DNA of 64,000 nucleotides, taken from positions 4,714-68,713 of the forward strand of contig CAZUPI010000010.1 of assembly GCA_964621755.1 (NCBI GenBank), given 5' to 3'. The DNA comes from an uncultured Ruminococcus sp. GTDB taxonomy: Bacteria; Bacillota; Clostridia; Oscillospirales; CAG-272. The notes under the pieces are model-generated. The model was not told the origin of the DNA. It did no database searches and saw only the letters and a list, made by a program, of their open reading frames with translations. Positions 56,921 through 64,000 of this stretch are shown one piece after another (the stretch's first letter is position 1; each line of letters opens with the position of its first letter). Made by a program: the position numbers and the translations under genes.

Positions 56921-58273
56921 TTATTGCTGCACTTCCTCTTCTTCCTCTTCGGGAGATTCTATTTTTTCGCGTTTTACGGTCATCTTGGCAATTCGATGTT
57001 CCTTGATTTCTGTAACGTGGATGTGCAGGTTTTCTATTTCGATGTCGAATTCTGTGCCGTCCTCTGGGACGACGCCGTAGTTTGCAAAGACGTAGCCGCC
57101 CATTGTGTCGTATTTTTCAGTCGGCAGTTCTATGTCAAGCTCCTCCGCAACATCGTTGAGCGGCGCCACACCGCGGATTGTCCATGTGTCTTCTTCGCCA
57201 TTGAGCTTTACGATATCCGGTTCTTCCAGCTCACTTTCGTCGTTGTCGGTCAGGTCGCCGACAAGCTGTTCGAGCAGGTCATTAATTGTCACGATACCGC
57301 GCAATCCGCCGTATTCGTCGAGTACTACTGCGAAGTGGTTCTTGCTGTTCTTCATCTGCTTGAATAAGACGTCTGCGTGAATTCCTTCGGGTACGAAGTA
57401 CGCCGGGCGGACCGCTTCCTTCAGTATCTGTTCGCGTGACGCGTCGCGCAGTCGGAAGTAATCCTTAATAACGAGTACGCCAACTACGTTGTCGATGGAG
57501 TCATCACAAACGGGGTACATGGAGTGCCGTGTTTCGTGGATGGTATTTTCCCACGTTTTATCGTCATCCTCAAGCCACAGAACGGATACGTCTGTACGGT
57601 GTGTTGCAAATTCTCCGACGGTCAGGTCGTCGAACTCAAACACGTTTTGGATAAGCTCCTGTTCCTGCTCGTCGATAACGCCCTTCTGACTGCCTTCGTC
57701 AACCATCAGACGGATTTCTTCCTCGCTGACCTCCTCATCGTTTTCATTGGGGTCGATACCGAAAAGTCTGAGAACAAGGTTGGTCGACACGGACAGAAGC
57801 CATACAATAGGAGTGAATATTTTGGATACACCGTAAAGCATGGGTGCCATGCCAAGCGCCATCTGCTCGCTTTTTCTCATCGCGATACGCTTCGGTACAA
57901 GCTCACCGAGAACGAGCGTAAAATACGAGAGAATCAAGGTAACGACAATGATTGCGATAGATTGAAGCGTCTCGCGCTTCACCGTTACGCCAAGGGAAAT
58001 CACAACGTCCACAAGGCGGGTGGCGAAATTATCGGACGCGAACGCACTTCCGAGAAAACCGGAGAGTGTAATGGCAATCTGAATTGTGGAGAGGAATTTT
58101 GCCGGCTGTTCGATTAGCTTGCGCAGCTTTTTCGCGTTGCGGTTGCCGGATTCCTCTAATTTTGTAATCTTTGCTTCATTGACAGATATCACCGCGATTT
58201 CCGCACACGCGAACACGGCGTTCAGAAAAATAAGTATAAACTGGAGAAGAAGCTGTCCCCAAATTGAGCCCAT
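56921..58273 (-). CDS. CNNM/CorC-family transporter (DUF21 + CBS pair + CorC_HlyC; annotated in databases as hemolysin-family protein)
   Basis: 450 aa with four N-terminal TM helices, a CBS-pair region, a C-terminal CorC_HlyC-like domain and an acidic tail. The RBS is CGGAGGA. Confidence 0.88.
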   Translation of the reverse strand: MGSIWGQLLLQFILIFLNAVFACAEIAVISVNEAKITKLEESGNRNAKKLRKLIEQPAKFLSTIQIAITLSGFLGSAFASDNFATRLVDVVISLGVTVKRETLQSIAIIVVTLILSYFTLVLGELVPKRIAMRKSEQMALGMAPMLYGVSKIFTPIVWLLSVSTNLVLRLFGIDPNENDEEVSEEEIRLMVDEGSQKGVIDEQEQELIQNVFEFDDLTVGEFATHRTDVSVLWLEDDDKTWENTIHETRHSMYPVCDDSIDNVVGVLVIKDYFRLRDASREQILKEAVRPAYFVPEGIHADVLFKQMKNSKNHFAVVLDEYGGLRGIVTINDLLEQLVGDLTDNDESELEEPDIVKLNGEEDTWTIRGVAPLNDVAEELDIELPTEKYDTMGGYVFANYGVVPEDGTEFDIEIENLHIHVTEIKEHRIAKMTVKREKIESPEEEEEEVQQ

Positions 58274-58576
58274 TCTATTTAATCCTCCGAATTATGTTTG
58301 GCAAAAAGTGACTGGCATGTAGAAAAACTTATTAACAAAGCTCTTCTGCGCCTGTCTCACATTTACGTAAATTACAATCTGACGATGGATTAAATATCAG
58401 GTCAGAAATCGGCGAAAATGCAAAAAGGCATACCTGTACCCTACAAAAGAGCGCAGCAATGCCTTGGAATAGCATGAATCGCAGATATCATATTTCGTTG
58501 TAGTGCAGTAGCATCGGTTATCGTCCGTACTGTCGCCGCTGTCCATGATGGCATGTTCCTCCATTTTCAATCTAAT
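58274..58576 (-). promoter_or_regulatory. ~300-nt 5' leader of the CNNM gene containing a terminator-like hairpin and a small ORF
   Basis: The leader runs from the exact consensus promoter at 58583-58611 to the start codon at 58273. The hairpin GGCATTGCTG/CAGGTATGCC plus TTTTTGCATTTT lies at 58415-58463. A 49/55-codon Cys-containing ORF (58397-58564) reads through it. Confidence 0.5.
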
Positions 58577-58582
58577 TGCGGT

Positions 58583-58611
58583 CATTATATCACATGTTCG
58601 GACTTTTGTCA
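58583..58611 (-). promoter_or_regulatory. exact TTGACA-N17-TATAAT promoter (TGn extended)
   Basis: The minus strand reads TTGACAaaagtccgaacatgtgaTATAAT. Confidence 0.8.
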
Positions 58612-58711
58612 AGAGAAAAAAAGACTTTCGCCGCAAGAGAGCCGCTTTACGCAAAAAATCTCTGTATCTCAAAAAAATCTCTGTATCTCATAGAGATGCA
58701 GCGGACAAACT

Positions 58712-59509
58712 TCAGTGCAACCGGGACCTGTCGCTCTCCGTCAATCCCATTGCATTTTGCCGGTAGATCAGGGGGCTCACACCAACGAATTTGCGGAAAT
58801 TCCGATAAAAATAGCTGGTATTGTGAAAGCCTGCCGCAACTGCGATTTCTGATATCGGCATGTCCGTTTTTTCCAAATACATTCGCGCTATGCTGACGCG
58901 TTTTCGCAGGATATATTCTATTGGACGTATCCCAGTGCTCTGCTTGAACAGGCGGCATAAGTACTGCTCCGACAAGCCCCCCGCTGCTTCGCAAAGTTGG
59001 TTGAGCATAATGTCGTGGGTGTAGTTTTGGTCAATATATGCGAGGATGCTCTCCATTATGCGGTTTCCGGAAACCGTATATTCCGGCATCTGCTTCAGAT
59101 GACCGTTCAAACGGATGAGCATATTGTACAGCATTGCGGAAGCGCGGTAACTGCCGTATTTTCCGCCGCAGGATACGCATTCGTACAATTCATGCAGAGT
59201 CTCCTTATATCCATTGGCGCCGCCGCTTTTGATGACACAGTGGTCTCGGTTGAGAAATAAGGTATTGGCACAGGCAGGCACGCCGAAGTCGAATGTCAGC
59301 CAACTGATGACCCAGTTGCTGCGCGGTTGATAATGGCACTCGACTCCCTCGCGCAGGTACAACACATACTCCGAAGTGAGGTCATATGTCTTATCGCCTA
59401 TCGTGACCGTTCCACTCCCGCCAGAGGTAAATATCAACTGAAAGTTCTTTGCGTCTTGGTGAGCTATGGACTCTTGCGGATAGTCGATGCCGATTCCGCA
59501 GACATACAT
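58712..59509 (-). CDS. AraC-family transcriptional regulator (cupin sensor + HTH)
   Basis: 265 aa. The C-terminal AraC HTH pair is ...LNQLCEAAGGLSEQYLCRLFKQSTG... and ...ISEIAVAAGFHNTSYFYRNFRKFVGVSP. Confidence 0.9.
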   Translation of the reverse strand: MYVCGIGIDYPQESIAHQDAKNFQLIFTSGGSGTVTIGDKTYDLTSEYVLYLREGVECHYQPRSNWVISWLTFDFGVPACANTLFLNRDHCVIKSGGANGYKETLHELYECVSCGGKYGSYRASAMLYNMLIRLNGHLKQMPEYTVSGNRIMESILAYIDQNYTHDIMLNQLCEAAGGLSEQYLCRLFKQSTGIRPIEYILRKRVSIARMYLEKTDMPISEIAVAAGFHNTSYFYRNFRKFVGVSPLIYRQNAMGLTESDRSRLH

Positions 59510-59902
59510 CGGAAGCTGTTCTTCCTTTTTTATGTCCGGATAGGAAACAAGAAGCGTCCGCCGTCCCTCCCTTTGATAACATTGTGATATGATGCAAATA
59601 TAAATTCATTTATATTTTCAAAATTATTTTAAATAAAGAATGAGAATACATATATGGATATATGTTAAATTTCTGTTAAAACCACCTTTTTTATTCCGAA
59701 AATGACACATTTCGGGCAGAATATTGCAGTATGTGCGAAATTCTGTATCTTTTTTATCTTTAAGCCAATTTTGCGAAATTTAGTTATAGATACTAACTAT
59801 ATGCAATATTTTCCAAAAAAAAGAATGATATATTCTTTATTACATGTTTCCAACCCTGTACAAAAAGAAATCCTGCTGCTGTGAAATAATATACAGAACT
59901 TA

Positions 59903-59931
59903 TTGACATAGTATTGAAAACATGCTATAAT
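59903..59931 (+). promoter_or_regulatory. exact TTGACA-N17-TATAAT promoter (TGn extended) of the TerB/ATPase cassette
   Basis: TTGACAtagtattgaaaacatgcTATAAT, 80 nt upstream of ATG 60012. Confidence 0.8.
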
Positions 59932-60011
59932 TATTTATTACGAACTAATGTTTGCCCGATGGGAAAATCGTATTTGCATCTGTCAGCAAGACATGATTAC
60001 GAGGTATTGCA

Positions 60012-62246
60012 ATGGAAAAAAATAAGAAAAAAGGCGAGCAGCTTGCGAATCTCAAGGATACAATCAGGCAAAGCGTAGAGCAATCCATAAGAAACAAATT
60101 TCGAGGTGAACCTCAAATAAAACCACATGAGAAGCAGGACGGCCTTACAGTGTCGTTCGAAGTCAACGCGCCGTCCCCACGCAGACAAGTGGCGCATGAG
60201 ACAAACCGTCCGACGCCAGACAATGGTGACAGCTTCTGGAATCTTGGAAAGCCAAAGCCTCGCGTATACAAAAAGCCGGACTTTGCCGGGGCACCGGTGG
60301 AGATGACCGATGTTGCAGATACGGTTGAGGTGGAGTACGACGTTCCCGCACCAGAGAAAATCGCCGGACGCGCACAGCCGTCAGGAGAAATCGTGAAAAA
60401 AGATATTTATGCCAAGCTAAAATACCGACCAGCAGACAATACCGACCCTTTCGACGATATTTTTGGGGACATATCGGCTGAGACAGAAAGAAAAGCGCCT
60501 TCAGAGAAGAAAATGTCGACGGCAACCAGCGACGGCAGGCAGACAGTCGTCCACGACGTGCCGCGGTATCAGACCGGATCGTACAAACGGCAAGGAGGCT
60601 TTCATCCACAGAAGAAGGACAAGCAAAAGGCAGAAGCCTCTGGTAATCCACAAAAGCGGCGCGTGGTGGATGAAGTCCTCGCAACGTATAAGCCGGAAGG
60701 TTTGCTGATTCGCGAGATTGAGGTGAAAAGCTGGTCGTCAGATATAGATTTTTACGAACGCTTCATGGAAAACGCGGTAAGCAGTCACAGAGCGCAATCG
60801 TCTGTACCGTATATGTCGGACTATCCGAAGGTCAAGTATTTCTCTTATGTGCCGCAATACTCGCACATGAGCCGGACACAGCTTGATTTTTATCGCTGGG
60901 TACGCGAAAACATTCGTCACGAACGATATCCGGACTGCGATTCGTCGTACATTCAACTGTATATATATGAAATTTTGAATCTGTCGGATTTGATTCCACC
61001 GGAATACGGCGCCGCGCAGCTTGCCGGAATGTGGCTGGCGTATCGTAAAGCAGAGCCGCGGTTAGACGGGTATCTCTGTGAATGGCTTCCGGACTATTGC
61101 ATGATTCACGCGTGTCCGATGCCGGAGATGGTCAAGACCATCCTTCCGGAAATCGTACCGAAGGCGCAATTCAAGGAATTCTTCCTTGACGTCAATCCGG
61201 CGTCGGCTGCGGATGCAGACTACCTGATGCTGGCGAAAACGTTGCTTGAAACTTCATCTGATTACGACTACCGCCGCAGCCGTTACTACCATGATAACCG
61301 TGACGCGTATGAAAAACACATACACCACGCGATAGCGGACGTCGTAAAGGGGCTGCTTGCGGCGAAGCTCGGTATCTTTTCGCTGGAGAAAACCTATAAA
61401 ATGGCGCGCGACAGCTATTGCGGCGCGATTGTATCAGTTGATGCAAAAAGGCGGATGAACATCGAGTTTTGCTCTTTCACACGTTCTGCTGACACCAGGG
61501 CGACCGTGACTGCCCTCGTGAAATATGCGGAAAATAAGCTGCGTGCGTCGCTTGGAATCAAGGCAAAGCTGGGCGTCGACAAACTGACTGAGGACGAAAC
61601 CGCGATAATTGACGCGTACTTTGCGCCGATGCTGCCGGTCAAGCAGGTGAAGTCAAAGGAAGACCAGTATATGCCAGACGATTATTTGAAGAACTACGAA
61701 TCGGAGGATTCCGGCTTTGACTTTGGCACAGCAGCGGAAATCGAGCGGCAGTCGTGGCGGAACACGACCTTGCTTACGGGGGGAGAATTCGACTCCGAGC
61801 AAGGGGAACCCTACAGACAGTATGAAAACTCTACACCTGTTGAATCCACCGCAGTGTCGGCTGAACAAGAGCAACATTTGGATGCCGCACTGCAGATGGA
61901 GAAAGCCGAGCCCATGTCCGATAGCGAACCGATGGAAGAAATTGAAGGCGAAATATCATCGGACCTTCTGGGTGAGATGTTAGAGGTTGCAGTGGATGAA
62001 CCTGCTGTGCAGGCCAAAAGCGACGAAGAGGATGAATTCATCCGCAACGCGCTCTTACAGGCCCTGTCCGGAAGATTTCATGAGTATTGCAGGGAGAACG
62101 GAATTTACGACGGCGTACTTGCCGACCGAATCAATACCATGTTTCTCGATATCATCGGGGACGTGGTACTGGAGGAATCGGGCAGCAGCTACACGATAAT
62201 TGAAGATTACAGGGAGGATATTGAACAATGGACGGACAGCAGGTAA
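60012..62246 (+). CDS. TerB_N / TerB_C domain protein with a long disordered N-terminus (SngA-like)
   Basis: 744 aa. About 230 low-complexity charged residues come first. Next is KVKYFSYVPQYSHMSRTQLDFYRWVRENIRHERYPDCDSSYIQLYIYEILN (TerB N-terminal domain signature). An acidic linker follows, then a C-terminal ADRINTMFLDIIGDVVLEE...YTIIEDYRED block (TerB-C-like). Confidence 0.7.
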   Translation: MEKNKKKGEQLANLKDTIRQSVEQSIRNKFRGEPQIKPHEKQDGLTVSFEVNAPSPRRQVAHETNRPTPDNGDSFWNLGKPKPRVYKKPDFAGAPVEMTDVADTVEVEYDVPAPEKIAGRAQPSGEIVKKDIYAKLKYRPADNTDPFDDIFGDISAETERKAPSEKKMSTATSDGRQTVVHDVPRYQTGSYKRQGGFHPQKKDKQKAEASGNPQKRRVVDEVLATYKPEGLLIREIEVKSWSSDIDFYERFMENAVSSHRAQSSVPYMSDYPKVKYFSYVPQYSHMSRTQLDFYRWVRENIRHERYPDCDSSYIQLYIYEILNLSDLIPPEYGAAQLAGMWLAYRKAEPRLDGYLCEWLPDYCMIHACPMPEMVKTILPEIVPKAQFKEFFLDVNPASAADADYLMLAKTLLETSSDYDYRRSRYYHDNRDAYEKHIHHAIADVVKGLLAAKLGIFSLEKTYKMARDSYCGAIVSVDAKRRMNIEFCSFTRSADTRATVTALVKYAENKLRASLGIKAKLGVDKLTEDETAIIDAYFAPMLPVKQVKSKEDQYMPDDYLKNYESEDSGFDFGTAAEIERQSWRNTTLLTGGEFDSEQGEPYRQYENSTPVESTAVSAEQEQHLDAALQMEKAEPMSDSEPMEEIEGEISSDLLGEMLEVAVDEPAVQAKSDEEDEFIRNALLQALSGRFHEYCRENGIYDGVLADRINTMFLDIIGDVVLEESGSSYTIIEDYREDIEQWTDSR

Positions 62247-63607
62247 GCAAAACAGGCGCAACCGCAAAGGTGCCCAGACGAATCCTTGGCACGCTGCTCT
62301 CGTCGCTGTCGGCGGGTGTTGTGCCGCGTGCGGGCGCACCGTACATTGCGATTGGCAGAAATGATGAAATTGAGTCGCTTGTGACCTCGCTCGACCGGGT
62401 TTCAGATGGGGAAGGCGCGACGAAATTCATCATCGGCAGATACGGGTCGGGCAAGAGCTTTTTAATACAGCTTTCCCGCGGGTATGCGCTCGACCGGGGA
62501 TTCATCACCGCGGACGCTGACCTGTCCCCTGAGCGGAAGCTGTCTGGTTCCGGCGGCTGCGGACTTGCGACGTACCGTGAACTGATGAAGAACATTGCAT
62601 GCAAGTCGTCACCGGACGGCGGGGCACTTCCTGTGATTCTTGGAAAATGGTTTACGAATATTGGAGAGGGACTTGTAGATGAGGGCATGTCCGCCGGAAG
62701 TGAGGAGTACAACGCGGAGTTTGGGCGGCGAATCATGAAGAACCTGCGGGAGCTTGAATCAGATGTAGGCGGATTTGATTTCGCAACGGTACTGCGGGAA
62801 TACTATAACGCATGGCAGAACGACGACGATATGAAGCAGTCGGCGTGTCTGAAGTGGCTGCGCGGGGAGTATACCACGCGTACGGAAGCGAGACAGGCGG
62901 TTGGAATAAAATCGCTTTCGATAATCAACGACGATAACTGGTATGATTATTTGAAGCTGCTGACGGCGTTTGCGCGCCTGGCAGGATACAGCGGGCTTTG
63001 CATTTTTATTGACGAGTGCGTGAACTTATATAAGATACCGAACAGGATTTCACGTGAGAACAACTATGAGAAGATTCTCGCCATGTTCAACGATACTATG
63101 CAAGGTCGTGCGCCGGGCCTGATGATAGTGTTCGGCGGAACGCCGCAGTTCTTGGAGGACAGCCGACGCGGGCTGTTCAGCTACGAGGCGCTTCGCAGCC
63201 GTTTAGCGGACGGACGGTTTGGGGGCGGCGAACTGAAGAGCCTCATGCAGCCGGTCATCCGTCTTCGCAGGCTGTCAGACAGCGAACTGTACGCCTTGGT
63301 TATCCGTCTTGCGGCGCTGCACGGAGAATATCACAAGTGGAATGTACGCATTACTGAAGAAGACATGCGCACTTTTCTGATGTCGTCGCTTGAACGCACA
63401 GGGGCGGACACTATGATAACCCCGCGTGAAATTATTCGCGACTTTGTCACTCTCCTCGACCTTCTCTACACCAACTCAGATAAGTCATTCGCGGACGTTG
63501 TCGGTACCGTCCAGCGCTCCACTGTCTCTTCGACTATCGACGAGGCATCCCCAACCACAGAGGACAGTACCCGCGCGAAGGTCACTCTTGATGATATTGA
63601 GTTTTGA
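62228..63607 (+). CDS. P-loop ATPase of the DUF2791 / BrxD-like family (SngB-like)
   Basis: 459 aa. The N-terminal block is SLSAGVVPRAGAPYIAIGRNDEIESL. Walker A is GRYGSGKS and Walker B is LCIFIDEC. It overlaps the upstream gene by 19 nt. Confidence 0.7.
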   Translation: MDGQQVSKTGATAKVPRRILGTLLSSLSAGVVPRAGAPYIAIGRNDEIESLVTSLDRVSDGEGATKFIIGRYGSGKSFLIQLSRGYALDRGFITADADLSPERKLSGSGGCGLATYRELMKNIACKSSPDGGALPVILGKWFTNIGEGLVDEGMSAGSEEYNAEFGRRIMKNLRELESDVGGFDFATVLREYYNAWQNDDDMKQSACLKWLRGEYTTRTEARQAVGIKSLSIINDDNWYDYLKLLTAFARLAGYSGLCIFIDECVNLYKIPNRISRENNYEKILAMFNDTMQGRAPGLMIVFGGTPQFLEDSRRGLFSYEALRSRLADGRFGGGELKSLMQPVIRLRRLSDSELYALVIRLAALHGEYHKWNVRITEEDMRTFLMSSLERTGADTMITPREIIRDFVTLLDLLYTNSDKSFADVVGTVQRSTVSSTIDEASPTTEDSTRAKVTLDDIEF

Positions 63608-63675
63608 GAAGGTCTGCCCCTCTAAACCTAAAAAAATTATTGGGTACGACAAAGTTCAGAAATCCTCGAATTGAG

Positions 63676-63727
63676 AAACTCCTCCGCGAATTCACGTATA
63701 TTTTTGCGTGAACTCGCGAAGGAGTTT
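63676..63727. terminator. 21-bp hairpin between the convergent ATPase and HAD genes
   Basis: AAACTCCTCCGCGAATTCACG-N10-CGTGAACTCGCGAAGGAGTTT, with 2 mismatches. Confidence 0.65.
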
Positions 63728-63733
63728 TACGTT

Positions 63734-64000
63734 TTATTCACATATCACCTTTATCATCTCACCCATGCTGTGTGCGATGTACGTTGCACCGGCAGACGCA
63801 AGCTCGGACTGGCTGCCAAAGCCCCAGAGAATGCCGAGAGAGGAAAGGTGGTTTTCAGCGGCCCCTTCGATGTCGTGATGGCGGTCGCCGACCATGATAA
63901 CGGAGGTGGAACGGGTGCTTTGGGGGATAGACAAGGTGTTGAGGGCGTATCGGATTACGTCTCCTTTTTGGGTGCGGGTATTGTCGAGAGATGCACCGCA
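63734..64000 (-). CDS. HAD-superfamily phosphatase (phosphoglycolate-phosphatase-like), 5' end outside the window
   Basis: The C-terminal motif is IMVGDRHHDIEGAAENHLSSLGILWGFG (HAD motif IV region). The reading frame stays open to the window edge. Confidence 0.75.
   Translation of the reverse strand, partial: CGASLDNTRTQKGDVIRYALNTLSIPQSTRSTSVIMVGDRHHDIEGAAENHLSSLGILWGFGSQSELASAGATYIAHSMGEMIKVICE

Noticed and set aside
58274-58576. Attempt to assign the CNNM leader to a known riboswitch class (M-box Mg2+, yybP-ykoY Mn2+)
   Set aside because: I could not find the conserved core sequences of these classes by eye. The leader is therefore reported as unclassified rather than named. A covariance-model scan is needed.
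58653-58697. Tandem 18/19-bp direct repeat AAAAAATCTCTGTATCTC x2 followed by ATAGAGAT, located between the AraC stop and the CNNM promoter
   Set aside because: On the minus strand it forms a weak ATCTCT/AGAGAT hairpin with T-runs. It is most simply a duplicated weak terminator or an A/T-rich UP region. There is not enough information to call it a binding site.

Overview
The window looks like chromosomal DNA from a Firmicutes/Clostridia-type anaerobe. Supporting signs are GGAGG ribosome-binding sites, many TTGACA-N17-TATAAT promoters, the secG-rnr and rny genes, rubredoxin, CotH proteins, M42 peptidases and several glycan-degrading enzymes. All family calls come from motif recognition by eye, since no searches could be run. 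The main accessory feature is a complete type I-C CRISPR-Cas locus on the minus strand: cas3-cas5-cas8c(+internal cas11c)-cas7-cas4-cas1-cas2 at 13401-5711, followed by a leader and an array of 14 repeats and 13 spacers at 5547-4660. One side of the locus is bounded by a tRNA-Leu/tRNA-fMet pair. The other side is a stretch of gene fragments (ABC binding protein, YaaA-like, LysR, large serine recombinase). The rest of the window is mostly housekeeping and carbohydrate-utilisation genes: DeoR, nitroreductase, esterase, two CotH lipoproteins, SASA-type esterase, GH36 alpha-galactosidase, FAD/Rieske oxidoreductase, RNase Y, RNase R, SecG, MurD, three M42 peptidases, an aminotransferase, a radical-SAM protein, UvrA, an Lhr-like helicase, two further glycosidases, a MarR+ABC exporter pair, a phosphoesterase+PPTase pair, a CNNM/CorC transporter and AraC. 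The most interesting candidates are:
- A promoter-to-terminator two-gene cassette at 59.9-63.7 kb encoding a TerB_N/TerB_C protein and a DUF2791/BrxD-like P-loop ATPase. It resembles the Shango defence system but has no adjacent helicase.
- CRISPR-repeat 5'-handle fragments in inverted orientation next to the cas3 promoter.
- A family of related GGGG-ACTTTTTT-N-AAAAAAGT-CCCC palindromes placed just after stop codons.
- A ~300-nt leader with an internal terminator and a small ORF upstream of the CNNM transporter.
- A MazF toxin gene with no visible antitoxin.
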